A stretch of 63,986 nt of DNA, the filler included, from Octopus bimaculoides (Eukaryota): NCBI RefSeq assembly GCF_001194135.2. It is 5 parts of 4 records of this genome, joined end to end, with 100 filler letters (N's around TTAATTAATTAA, not from the genome) between each part and the next. Parts side by side here need not be neighbours in the genome. Positions count along the whole stretch, not along the records: positions 1 to 28,351 come from NC_068983.1; 4 more parts are not named here. One strand, written 5' to 3'. Made by a program: the position numbers and the translations under genes. This document shows, piece by piece, positions 12,500 to 25,924 of this stretch; position 1 is the first letter of the stretch, and each line of letters opens with the position of its first letter. Below the pieces are notes generated by a model. It ran no database searches and was not told where the DNA came from. It saw only the letters and a list, made by a program, of their open reading frames with translations.

Positions 12500-14045
12500 A
12501 AAAACTGCAACGGAAATTCGAGGAGGGCAGGATCGATGAAATGGACTCGAAAACATAACTGGTACACTTTGCATTGAACCCAGAATAATGATTTCCGAGA
12601 TAGGCCCGTGGCCAGCAATTTTGAGACGAAGGGAGAGTATTAATTGAGACCATTGAGCCCAGTAATTGAAGAGTATTTTATTTTATCCACCCCAGGAAAT
12701 GAATGACAAAGTTTACGTTAACGAGATTTGAACTCGGAACGTAGTCGGAAGAAATGCTGCAAAACCTATTTTCCGAAACTCTCATGATTATGCCCATCTA
12801 CCACCTAAATGGTTTCATCTACCAAACCAGCAATTTCAGAGACGGACGCGGGGATTGTTGAATACATCAATCTTTGTGTAGTTCAATTATTACTTATTTT
12901 ATCTACCCCGAGAGAATGACAGGTAAACTCAACCTCGGCGGAATTTGAACTCAGAACGTTAAGACGGACGAAATGCTGCTAAGCATTTTGCTCGGCATGT
13001 TAGCGGTTCTGCCAGCTCGTCGCCTTAAATCTATATAACAATGGTCTCAAATTTTGGTACGAGGAGGTCATCATTTTGAGGGGGAGCAGGAGGTCAATTA
13101 CATCGACTTCAGGGTTGAACAAGGTCTCATCGTATGGACCGGAAAGGACGGGAGGCAAAGTCGACCTGGGCGCTATTTGAACCAGGAACATAACCAGTCG
13201 GAAGGAATACTGTTAAGTATTTCTGCCAGTTTGTCGTTTTCTGAATCGAAATTATAATAAGGATTTCAAATTATGGCACAAGGCCAGCAATTTTGGGGGC
13301 AGAAGTAAGTCGATCACATCGACCACAGTGTTTAAAAGGGATTTATTTTAGCAACCCCGAAAGGATGAAATGCAAGGACGACCTCGGAGGAATTCGAACT
13401 CAGAACGTGAAGACGGACGCATAAGTGCTAAGCATTTTGCCCGGTGTGCTAGCGATTCTGCCAGCTCTCCGCTTTAATCTAAATAATAATAATGATGGTT
13501 TCAAATTTTGGCACAAGGTCAGCAGATTTAAGGGAGGGGCTAAGTCGATGGCATCGACCCAAGTGTTTAACTAATTTTATCGACCCCGAGAGGATGAAAG
13601 GCAAAGCCGACTTCGACGAGATTAGAGCTCAAAAGGTGAAGACGGGCGAAATGGCTCTAAACATATTGCTTGGAGGCGCTAACGATTCTGACAGCTCGCC
13701 GCCTTTAATAATCCTTTCTGCTATCGGCACAAAGCCTGATATTTGGAGGGAAAGGAATTGTCAACGTAATCGATCTCAGTGTGAAATTGGTACTTATTTC
13801 GTCGACCTCGATGGAGTTTGAACACAAAACGTTCAGAGCTTGAAGAAATTCCGCTGAGCATTTTGTCTGGCATACAAACTGCTCTGCCAGCTCACCACCG
13901 TTGGTTTCCAATTTTGACAGAAGGTCAGCAAGTTCGGTGNNNNNNNNNNAGCGTTTAAATAGTACTTATGTTATCGACCCCGGAAGATGACAGACAAAGT
14001 CGGCGTGGGTTGAATTTGAACTCAGGACGGACGAAATGCCAGTAA
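12500..14045 (-). mobile_element. Head-to-tail array of about 7 diverged family B SINEs (about 220-bp units)
   Basis: Units start near 12590, 12810, 13040, 13260, 13494, 13710 and 13902, plus a partial unit at about 12500. Most carry variants of TGGTTTCAAATTTTGGCACAAGG...GAATTTGAACTCAGAACGT...CTGCCAGCTCGCCGCCTT. Confidence 0.85.
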
Positions 14046-14596
14046 ATTCTTCAAAAACGACGAGAACATGTTTTCTATTCTTTTTTAATCAAGGAATGTA
14101 ATTGAACAATAGCAGGAACGAAATGAGTTGACATAAACCGAGAGATTTACTCCAACATCTTAGTTGCAGCCATTAATCTTGAAAGAATTACAGAACCAGA
14201 CCCCGAAAAAAAAAACAAAAAAAAAACAAACAAACAAACGAACAAAAACGAAATAAAAATAGACGGGAAACAAAAACTACAAGAATGGGAGACGGAATAT
14301 CATGATTTGAATTGACAAGTGTATGTATGTTTTGTGAATAGATGTAAAGTCTGCTGGCATCTGTTGTAGTGCTAACAGCTAATTACAACCAATCTTTATT
14401 ACCGTCCTATTATTCCACCATCTCGCCGCGCACTTGAGGTAATTACAATGAATAATTATTAATGGCAAATAAAGAGAAAGAAGAAAAAGAAAGAAAAACA
14501 TACACAATTATTTCTCAATATTTTAATCAAGGTTTCTAGACTATTAATGTGCTGCTATACCTATTATTATTACTATTATTATTATTGTTGTTGTTG

Positions 14597-14629
<33 letters not shown>

Positions 14630-14707
14630 GACGAATCATCATTCTGTCTTGTCTTTCACTCTCTTTCTCTCTCTCGCTTACTTTCAGTCAATCTTTTTGA
14701 GAATTGT

Positions 14708-14833
<126 letters not shown>

Positions 14834-15282
14834 GCATGCGTTTATATGTGTGTGTATATATGTATATATATATATACACACATATATATATATATAAATG
14901 CGCATACATATATACATACGTATGCACACATACATATATATACATATATATATATATATGCATATGAGAGAAATGTATGTGTATCTTATATAATGTATGT
15001 ATATATTATGTTTATATATATACATGTATATGTATATGTATATATATGGGTGTGTGTGTGTGTACACACACACATATACACATTCACATATATATGTGCA
15101 TACGCACATACAAACACCCATACATATGTATATATACTGCTTTATAAACACACTTAGAATTTAATGGTACCACAAGAACATTGATGTCCATTTATATTGA
15201 AGCGCTCATCGAAACACAAACGACACCCAAGCACACATACACGCATAATACATACACACACACATGTATATGTATATATATG

Positions 15283-15315
<33 letters not shown>

Positions 15316-16874
15316 TATGTATGTTTATATACACACTCATTACACATATCCATTCATACCAATATAGTTCGTGCTCCCACCCCTTATCGTTCCTACCATT
15401 ATGTTGTCTTATTTTATTACAGCCACAGATAAAATTGCATGAAATACATCGATGGAGTTGTCATGTCGAGATTTTGTTACGCTGTACCATTTCTTCTCTC
15501 TTACAGATTTAGTCTTACTTCATTTTCCTTTTGTTTTAACATCTCTGTTTTCTAATATTTTATATTCTCTGAAATTCTTTAATAGTAGAGAAGAGATATT
15601 TATTTCTTCTCTCAGCCGTGGAAATAATTTTATGACAAGTTTTATTCATTCAAAATATTTTATATTTTCATTTCCTTCTTATTATTCAGCTGAGGTCAAC
15701 CTTTCACTATGAAGAGATGGATTAAACAGAGTAATAAATTTGTTAAAGGGTGTGATGGTGGTAGTGGTGTGTGGTGTGAGATTTGGTTGGGGTGAAGTAG
15801 AGAGTGGTGTGTGTAAGGTGATGGTGGAAGATATCCGTATATTCTCGACGTTGTTGCTAGAACTCTCTTAACATTTCCTTGCTATTGGCCTTCTGCTTAA
15901 GAATCATGCATATATGTATTATATGAATATATAAATAACGAAATGGATATATTCCGTAGATCATATTTTTGCGTAAATTGCAAAATATATTGATATCTAT
16001 ATTTTAACACATTGCATGCATGTCGACGCACAAACGTACATAGCTAAATTTTGAACACACACATGCATACACACATGTATAAAAATCGATGTAAAAATCC
16101 ATTCTCATGTATAAAAACATCACTTCAGCAAGAAATGCAAAAGTGTGTGCGTGTATATATATATATATATATATATATATNNNNNNNNNNNNNNNNNNNN
16201 NNNNNNNNNNNNNNNNNNNNNNNNNNNNNNNNNNNNNNNNNNNNNNNNNNNNNNNNNNNNNCGTAGGTGTGTGTTTGAGTCTATATTGTATGCATACACA
16301 CACAACATTCGCGAAAATATTCAACTAATATTCAATATTCAACTAATATCCTTAAACATGGACCGTCTAACCAAGCGACCTCTATGTCTGAGGACGACAA
16401 GTCTTGCTTTTGTTACCAACTTTAAGTTCAAGCCATTCGATTCCTCGTTGAAAGAGACGGGCATTATTACTGAACGTATTCAGGATTCCATCAACTCTGA
16501 TATTTGAATGGCCTCCAGGTTTGATATGAGTGGACGGCAACCTCGCTGTCATCAACTGCTTCCCCAGAATCAATAAGAATTTCACTTGTAAATTAACCAA
16601 TCTGATATAGTCTTTCTCTATCGATAATGCTTTCAGAAAATCCTTGGTCCAGGTGAGAATATAATAGAATCAACGAACTTGATATAATGATCGGTCATTT
16701 CTGATGATTTGTAATGGATAGAAATGGAAGTTCGAGCTATCCATTACGACGGGGCCGAGATCTCTGATATCGCTAGAGTATTCGTTCTGGACACCTTAAA
16801 AAATGTACACACCCGATCATTTATACATCATATATATCTCGTATTTTTTCCATCGTTGTTCAAAGTGGTAAATA

Positions 16875-16993
<119 letters not shown>

Positions 16994-17334
16994 GGTAGAG
17001 AAGGAAAATCTCTTGCCTGCTCTTCTCCATCTAAAGACTCCAGAATTAACGAAACGACACTCTTCAAATCGTATACAACATTCTTTAGAGGACCCGTCGA
17101 TAATCACCTGGTGGTCGTAGTTTGCAACATACCATCGTGAGACACGAAATATAAAACCAACGATATTCATCTGCAAGAAAATGAACCTAACCTGTTGCTG
17201 TCACCAATGCCACCTCCTGTTAATGAGCTTCAAGGTACTGGCTGCTGATATCCTGAAAAAAAAACCCCATTTTAACTCAAGCTGACCAATACACAATTTC
17301 ACCATGATACACCTATAATATATATGCATGTATA

Positions 17335-18225
17335 TACGTGGTCTGATCAATAAGTATCCGGACTGTCGCCATAGTAACGAAACTAAAGCACGCAGCGTAA
17401 AGCCGCTTGGCACAGATTGACTTTGAACTCCGCTGTCCATGCGAACTAAGTTTTAATGTTCTAGCTCACTTTTGCTGTTTACAGCAGTGCTTGAAAGGAA
17501 CGTGTGTAGCGTGTGATCGTCGTAATGGTCATAACAGACAGTTGAGCAGAGAATATGCATCAAATTTTGCCAAAAGCTTGTGGCTACCTGCTCAGAGGAC
17601 TACGCAAAGTTTTCAAAACGTTTTCATCGTTTTCGACACAATCAAGATCTTGTGCAACTGAAACCCGAGGGTCCTTTTGGTCAGCTGCAAGCATCTTTGG
17701 CACAAACTTGGTAGACACGCGTCTCATACCCAAATCTTCAGTGATAATGGACTGAACTAAACCGTACTAATCTGTACATCTCATAATTCACGGTTTGGTG
17801 ATTTGACATTTTCCCCCTCACAGTTGCACCCACATCCGCGATGTTTTTCTCAGTTCTGCTGATTGCGTGTCTCCCAGAACGTTCATCAATATCGACATTT
17901 TTTCTGCCATATTGGAAAGGTCTGAACCACTCGCTCAATTGTGCGCGGCTCATACACTCCTCTCCATGCAATTTCTGACCTCTGCACAGGCCTATGAGCA
18001 GGTACGCCATGATAACTTTCTCTGTCATGGTCAATGCAATGATCACACGCTACATACCTTCCTTCCAAGTACTGGTGTAAACGACGAAAGTGGGCTCGAA
18101 TGTTAATACTTAGTGTGTATGCACTAAGAGTTCATGATGAATCTTAGCCAAGCGGCTGCACTCTGCGTGCTTTAGCTTCGTTACTATGGCAACAGTCCCG
18201 ATACTTATTGATGAGACCTCGAATA
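17335..18225. mobile_element. Non-autonomous fold-back mariner derivative made of two inward-facing 5' ends (copy 1)
   Basis: TIRs TACGTGGTCTGATCAATAAGTATCCGGACTGT and ACAGTCCCGATACTTATTGATGAGACCTCG. Left arm encodes ...EQRICIKFCQKL..TCSE.YAK on plus. Right arm encodes MTEKV...GEECMSRAQLSEWF...GRKNVDIDERSGR...MRRV.TKFVPK on minus (mariner HTH region). Confidence 0.9.
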
Positions 18226-20214
18226 TACATGCATATATATGCAGCATATATATATGTATATATATGTGTGTNNNNNNNNNNNNNNNNNNNNNNNNNNNNN
18301 NNNNNNNNNNNNNNNNNNNNNNNNNNNNNNNNNNNNNNNNNNNNNNNNNNNNNNNNNNNNNNNNNNNNNNNNNNNNNNNNNNNNNNNNNNNNNNNNNNNN
18401 NNNNNNNNNNNNNNNNNNNNNNNNNNNNNNNNNNNNNNNNNNNNNNNNNNNNNNNNNNNNNNNNNNNNNNNNNNNNNNNNNNNNNNNNNNNNNNNNNNNN
18501 NNNNNNNNNNNNNNNNNNNNNNNNNNNNNNNNNNNNNNNNNNNNNNNNNNNNNNNNNNNNNNNNNNNNNNNNNNNNNNNNNNNNNNNNNNNNNNNNNNNN
18601 NNNNNNNNNNNNNNNNNNNNNNNNNNNNNNNNNNNNNNNNNNNNNNNNNNNNNNNNNNNNNNNNNNNNNNNNNNNNNNNNNNNNNNNNNNNNNNNNNNNN
18701 NNNNNNNNNNNNNNNNNNNNNNNNNNNNNNNNNNNNNNNNNNNNNNNNNNNNNNNNNNNNNNNNNNNNNNNNNNNNNNNNNNNNNNNNNNNNNNNNNNNN
18801 NNNNNNNNNNNNNNNNNNNNNNNNNNNNNNNNNNNNNNNNNNNNNNNNNNNNNNNNNNNNNNNNNNNNNNNNNNNNNNNNNNNNNNNNNNNNNNNNNNNN
18901 NNNNNNNNNNNNNNNNNNNNNNNNNNNNNNNNNNNNNNNNNNNNNNNNNNNNNNNNNNNNNNNNNNNNNNNNNNNNNNNNNNNNNNNNNTATATATATAT
19001 ATATATATATATATAACCTGCATGCATATGTGTATGTATATATTATGTATGTATGTATCTATGTATCTATTTATCTATTACTCTCTCTCTCTCTCTCTCT
19101 ATCCATCTATCTGTCTGTCTATCTATCAATCTGGTGATTGCACGATCCTCAGAATAATTGGCGTCTGTTTGCGTTTCCTCGTTGTGAATGACATGGCTGA
19201 CTTCCCATCGATGACCTTTCAGGTGATTTCTTAATGCCGCTGTTTTGTAACTGTGCACTTTCAACGGGTTAGATCCGTAAAAATCGCCAGTCTTCCATCT
19301 CCACAAGACTTTATATAATTGGAATGACGAATGACAAATGGGATCATTACGAAGAGACATCTGTACCTCGCTGGATTGTAGTGATACAGTACGTGTACAC
19401 ACACACACACTGTCACACACACACAGACACACACATACAGACACACACATATACATGCACACACACATACACACACATTTGTGCATATGTATATGATTCT
19501 TGGTCTTTGCTTTCGCTTTAAACAATAACAGAATACAGATGTTCCGCAGTAGGGTTCAAATGTGTCTTCCACATATTTCCCGTTTTTTATATCTCACCAC
19601 AAACACACCGGTGCAGATTGTATCACCTTTAACTCCTCTATAAACGTTCACAGGGGATCAGCGAAAGCTTTTCACTCGAGCATGAGCTTGAATGATGAGT
19701 CAACTGAAGGGAGTTCCAACTAGATGAAATCTCCAAGCAATGTAAATACAAGCGTCTCTGATATCCACCTGGCTAAAAGGTGTCTGCAGAATGGTAGCCA
19801 GGAGTCATGACCTGTATGCGGCCCGGCCCCCTTAGAGTGTAAGCACCCCACTAGAGTTAAAGAGCGAAAGCTGAAGACCTGCTGTTCACTTCTATTGAGA
19901 GATTCTTACCACAGACCTCTGATTAACAGACGTGCTCTAACACTGCACCGCTAGCACACAGCTACCTTTGACCCCCAAACAAATTTTCTAACACAACAGA
20001 AACGGTGAAATTTGTCACAAATATGTCTGCTAATGTTTCATTCGAAGCCTACATGAAAACCATTGTGTAAATAGCATCTCAAAGATTTGGTCCCTGCTCT
20101 CAAGATTAGAGAACATAATGATACGGTTGAAAGCGATCGAAAAATGGCGAGTGTGAGCTGAACTGCTAGCAGTTGTGGAATAGTCGAGCAGCTAAAGTCA
20201 CTCCAACACGTATA

Positions 20215-20390
20215 CACAAGGGGGTTCTGAAAAGTTCCTGGCTTTAGGGATGTCGCAAAAGGCCTAGTTGGAGGTCCAGCCTTCTGAGTCCTGGTAGAGG
20301 GCTTAAAAAACAGAAGAGTACAGAATAAATCATAATTAATTGGTCTGCCTGCATTTTGTTACTCAAAGCCAGGAACTCTTCAGCACCCCA
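20215..20390. mobile_element. Small Tc1/mariner-type MITE
   Basis: Inverted termini GGGGGTTCTGAAAAGTTCCTGGCTTT and AAAGCCAGGAACTCTTCAGCACCCC, with TA at the left end. Confidence 0.75.
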
Positions 20391-20518
20391 CCCCCGCACA
20401 CATGAGCACGCAAACGCATGCGCAGTAAATATTAAACACAGATACATATACCCATACATGCACGAACGCACACCGCGCACACATATACAAACACACGCAC
20501 ACATGAAAACATATTTAA

Positions 20519-20750
20519 GGCGGCGAACTGGCAGAAACGTTAGCACGCCGGGCGAAATGCTTAGCGGTATTTCGTCTGCCGCTACGTTCTGAGTTCAAAT
20601 TCCGCCGAGGTCGACTTTGCCTTTCATCCTTTCGAGGTCGATCAAATAAGTACCAGTTACGCACTGGGGTTGGTATAATCGACTTAATCCGTTTGTCTGT
20701 CCTTGTTTGTCCCCTCTGTGTGTAGCCCCTTGTGGGTAGTAAAGAAATAA
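20519..20750 (+). mobile_element. Full-length family B SINE with 15-bp target-site duplication
   Basis: GGCGGCGAACTGGCAGAAACGTTAGC...GAGTTCAAATTCC (B box)...AAAGAAATAA. CACATGAAAACATAT occurs at 20500-20514 and 20751-20765. Confidence 0.92.
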
Positions 20751-20851
20751 CACATGAAAACATATACATACACAGATACATATATACAAACACATGCACG
20801 AACGCGCGTGCACACACACCCACAAACACATACATCCTCACACAATCATAT

Positions 20852-21079
20852 TTTCGTTCTTTCTGTCATTAGACTGAGGCCATGCTGGAGCATCGTCTTG
20901 AAGAATTTCAGTCGATCGAATCGACTCCAGTACATATGTTTTTAAAGCCTGGTACTCATTCTATCGTTCTCTTTTGCTGAAACGCTAAGTTATGGGGACG
21001 TAAACACACCAACATCAGTTATCAAGCGGTGGCAGCGGACAAACACTAACTAACAGACACCCCCCACACATACACCTCC

Positions 21080-21110
<31 letters not shown>

Positions 21111-21371
21111 NNNNNNNNNNTCTTTCCTTCCCTGAGAGTCTGCAAATACTTTACATGTACCACGTTCTCGCGTTGTTGTTTTTATGTCTGTTGTTCTTTC
21201 TCTGGATTTACTATATATATATGACGGGCTTCTTTCAGTTTCCGTCTACCAAATCCACTTACATAGCATTGGTCGGCCCGAGGCTATAGTAGAAAACAGC
21301 TGTCCAAGGTGACACAGTGGGACTGAACCCGGAGCTATGTGGTTCAGAAACAAATTTCTTACCAGAAAGCC
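20852..21371 (-). mobile_element. SINE family C (body 20852-21060, head 21223-21371, TA tract and unrelated insert between)
   Basis: Reverse complement of the family C head and body motifs. Confidence 0.8.
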
Positions 21372-21571
21372 AGGCTTGCGCCGACTCCAAACTGTTAAAG
21401 ATTTCTTTACAATGTCAGAGCCACTGTCCGCTGCACGCATTGATTTTTTTCTAGTTTACTCATGAAAACATGCGTGCAACTCTGTGTGTGTTTATATACA
21501 AAAACCAGAGCAGTCATTCAGAAAACAGTATGATTTCCTGTAATGTACTCAGATTTCACCAATTCTTTTAG

Positions 21572-21663
21572 GTACCTGCTCAGTTATTAGCAGATATAAA
21601 CACCCAGAATACCCCTCTCTTATACGTGACACAGTCGGGCACCAATGTTATGGTAACTGGAAG
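21572..21663 (+). CDS. Candidate internal exon of an unidentified gene (xTCSVISRYKHPEYPSLIRDTVGHQCYGNWK)
   Basis: TTCTTTTAG acceptor, AAG|GTAGGG donor, 92 nt, two of three frames open. No homology recognised. Confidence 0.2.
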
Positions 21664-21943
21664 GTAGGGGTGGGTTTGTATCACCCCTCGAGTTACTTCT
21701 TTTAGCCGTGTGGATTGGAAGAAAGACAAACGTAGAAATTTGTTAAGAAAAAATGAACACCACCCACAACCAAAAATAAAAAATAAAAAAAGATAGAAAC
21801 TGCACGCCGTCCCATCCAAGAATCGAACGTACATGCTTATGATAGTGAACCCAGAACTATAACCACTTGTCGACGCGACGTCACCTATATGTATGTAAAA
21901 TTGCACATATTCCCATCTCTCCCTCTTATCTATAGATATAAGG

Positions 21944-21988
<45 letters not shown>

Positions 21989-23040
21989 NNNNNNNNNNNN
22001 NNNNNNNNNNNNNNNNNNNNNNNNNNNNNNNNNCGGGCACCAATGTTATGGTAACTGGAAGGTAGGGGTGGGTTTGTATCACCCCTCGAGTTACTTCTTT
22101 TAGCCGTGTGGATTGGAAGAAAGACAAACGTAGAAATTTGTTAAGAAAAAATGAACACCACCCACAACCAAAAATAAAAAATAAAAAAAGATAGAAACTG
22201 CACGCCGTCCCATCCAAGAATCGAACGTACATGCTTATGATAGTGAACCCAGAACTATAACCACTTGTCGACGCGACGTCACCTATATGTATGTAAAATT
22301 GCACATATTCCCATCTCTCCCTCTTATCTATAGATATAAGGTCATATATATATATATTGTCATACACACCAACATGTATACGTGCAGAGACACACATTAA
22401 CGTTCCGCTTCCTCCAGTATTTTGATCATCCCATTCGAAGCAAGTTGTATTATACGGTGTCCTCCCACCAATCGGATGAAAGACTGGCCTGATTGAAGAA
22501 TATAAATTTATGCAAATTATCAGACATTGGTTCTATGAGAAGGTGGGTGTTTGACGGTGTTGTGTTCATCCTAGCAGTTCCTTTCTACAAGTTTAGATCG
22601 ATTAAAATTATCTCTATATAATAGACGAGGCTGAAAGAAGACCAAACAAGCAATAAACTGAAAGGAACCTTGGTTTGATCAAAGACATTTTAGCGGATCG
22701 CTTGAATTCAATTCCGTATGTTAAAGCTTTAATGGCGTTAGTAGATCTAAGCATAAGACTTATCCAGTTAGTAGGACCCAATATATGTTTGGTGTTGTGT
22801 TGTAGCAGTGCGGTGTTTATCTTTTTGTATGTTCTGTCTCGTGGGAACATTACGGAACCAGTCTGAAGAAAGGGAAATGTAATTTGAGGTGGGAATTAAA
22901 GTTGATCACGTGATGGTAAGACCATTCACGTCTCTATCTTTTTGAGAAACAGACCTATTGGTGTATACGTGACTATACACACACACACACATACATACAT
23001 TAATTCACACACATACACTTTTATGCATAGTCACACAAAG

Positions 23041-23071
<31 letters not shown>

Positions 23072-23244
23072 CATACACACACATATATAGGTATGTTGAT
23101 ATATATGCGTATATTGTTTATACGCATACGCATATATATATATATATATATATATACATACACACACACACACACACATATATATAGGTATGTAGATATA
23201 TATGCGTATATTGTTTATAAGCATCCGCATACATATAAGTATAC

Positions 23245-23277
<33 letters not shown>

Positions 23278-23805
23278 NNNNNNNNNNNNNNNNNNNNNNN
23301 NNNNNNNNNNNNNNNNNNNNNNNNNNNNNNNNNNNNNNNNNNNNNNNNNNNNNNNNNNNNNNNNNNNNNNNNNNNNNNNNNNNNNNNNNNNNNNNNNNNN
23401 NNNNNNNNNNNNNNNNNNNNNNNNNNNNNNNNNNNNNNNNNNNNNNNNNNNNNNNNNNNNNNNNNNNNNNNNNNNNNNNNNNNNNNNNNNNNNNNNNNNN
23501 NNNNNNNNNNNNNNNNNNNNNNNNNNNNNNNNNNNNNNNNNNNNNNNNNNNNNNNATATATATATATATATATATATATATAGCATATATTTATATGTTC
23601 GTATGCATATACATACATGCATACATACCTACATATGTATGCATGTATGTATGTGCATACGCATACATACATACCTACATACATACCTACATACATACAT
23701 ACATATATACACAATACACACACACACACACACATATATATATCTACACACATATATATATATACACACACACAAATATGTGTGCACGTTTTAAAAACAA
23801 TGATG

Positions 23806-23850
<45 letters not shown>

Positions 23851-25381
23851 TAATAATGATAATAATAATGATGATAATAATAATAATATGTATGTGTGTG
23901 TGCGTGTGTGCGTGCCTGTGTGTACTTACGTACATTAGATATATCTGATGCTAATATCACATCATCAAAATGCAAGGCGCTCTCCAGAAGCTGAATAAAG
24001 AGACAGATTTTGATTGTAGGCGAACGCCGTTAATCATATGAACAACATCTATTCCCTTAACGTAGAAGAAAACATTCAATTTCGTAGCTAGCAATATCGT
24101 TGAAGAAAGTCTAAGACACAACGGTAAAATATGCATAGTTGGAGGGAGAGAGAGAGAGATAGAGAAGAGGAGAAAGAAAGAGACTTAAGAAGAATATCAA
24201 AGAAGATAATGGTGAGTTAATTATGAATGTTGTAAGAAGTCTAAATCAGTTGTGTCGGCTATCAATGTAGACAGCATAATCTTGCTGAATCAACATTGTT
24301 GTGGAATCTTGATCAATATATGTTAATTCTGGAATATCTGTGATTAAATTGGAATTAATTTATAGTTCCTCCTTCTGCTTTTGTTAATGCCAAATACTAT
24401 TGGAATATAATCTCAGGTTATTCTGTAAGAAATCCATATGAAATGATATTCATGCGAAGTGAGGTATAATTTAATGTAATTTAAAGGAAATTGAAGAACA
24501 TGTATAGGTATATATGAAGAGACATGTATTCTTTCCGGCCTCAAATGAAGGTGATTACCTTTTCTCTGTGGTAGAAAGGTTCATTACCTCAGTTTAAATA
24601 ATACAGGTTATCGTGATGGGTTAAAGAGGTCGTTCACTACAGCAGAACACGCGAATAGTTTTACAGAAACTAATTCTTCGTTTGCACATAATGGCCAAAA
24701 CGGATTCTATTCAAAATTCTGCGATACAAAATGAAGCTTTCAAACCTTTTCTATTTGTAGATTTTTAGCATTTGTAATTTTCGGTTTATAATATGCAAAT
24801 CCATACGGTATATAATATGCGCGCACAAACACAAACACATACACGCACATACATGTGGTTATACATATAGAGTAGAGAATATAGATACTTATATACACAC
24901 ATAAAACGCACAAACATCACGGAAAAACCACACACACGCTCACGCTCATGCACACGCACACTAGCATACATGACATATGTGTACATATATTATAATTCTG
25001 ACGCTATCCCTGACAAATATATGATGCCAATACCATATTACAAAAGAACGGATGTGTATAAATAAGAATCGATTTAGATTGGAATAAAATAGAATTATTT
25101 CAAGGATGCAAACTGGTGTCAACTGACAGTAATTCACACGACGGCAGAGAGAAGACAAGAGTTTCACTTAAACTCCTATACACTATCATAGAAAAGCGTG
25201 TATACTTTGCGTATAGCTGCAAGTGACACTACCACACACATACACACACATTCAACACACATTCAACACACATTCAACACACATACACACACATACACAC
25301 ACATTCAACACACATTCAACACACATACGCTCATATTTTAGTATTCTTGGAAATTTAAGTATCCACACAGCATGCAAACTA

Positions 25382-25767
25382 ATTGTTGGCATTCCGTCGG
25401 TTACGACGTCGAGGGTTCCAGTTGATCCGATCAATGGAACAGCCTGCTCGTGAAATTAACGTGCAAGTGGCTGAGCACTCCACAGACACGTGTACCCTTA
25501 ACATAATTCTCGGGGAGATTCAGCATGACACAGAGTGTGACAAGGCTGGCTCCTTTGAAATACAGGTACAACAGAAACAGGAAGAAAGAGTCAGAGGAAG
25601 TTGTGGTGTAAGAGTACAGCAGGGTTCGCCACCATCCCTGCCGGAGCCTCGTGGAGCTTTAGGTGTTTTCGCTCAATAAACACTTAGAACACCCGGTCTG
25701 GGAATCGAAACCGCGATCCTATGACCGCGAGTCCACTGCCCTAACCACTGGGCCATTGTGCCTCCAC
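25382..25767 (-). mobile_element. SINE family A, tail type 1, near full length
   Basis: Reverse complement of the 7090 copy; head GTGGAGGCACAATGGCCCAGTGGTTAGGG. Confidence 0.9.
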
Positions 25768-25924
25768 ATGCAAACTAAATGCATGTCTAAAATTGAATAT
25801 CGCTTACCCTTTGTCCATTTGCTTCTTCTCATTGTAGCCCTTATTGATAGATAAATGTCCATACATACACACACACATACATACATACATACATACATAC
25901 ATACATACATACATACATACATAC

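Noticed and set aside
15605-15619. 15-mer TCTTCTCTCAGCCGT shared with 47265-47279 (minus)
   Set aside because: Isolated matches of this length are expected by chance in a window this size, and the flanks do not align.
17133-17260. Splice-like signals on the minus strand (TTTTTTTTCAG at about 17260; TTGCAG...ATG|GTATGT, 38 nt)
   Set aside because: The first has stops in all frames soon after; the second is too short to evaluate without RNA data.
21634-22355. Apparently exact duplication of about 325 bp flanking a short gap
   Set aside because: Identical copies on either side of a gap at a TA tract are typical of unmerged overlapping contig ends or alleles. Treated as an artefact.
25383-25679. 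Recurring 98-107 aa ORF (...QEERVRESCGERVQQGSPP...) also at 35210 and 57169
   Set aside because: It is the antisense reading of SINE family A; the recurrence reflects the repeat, not a gene family.
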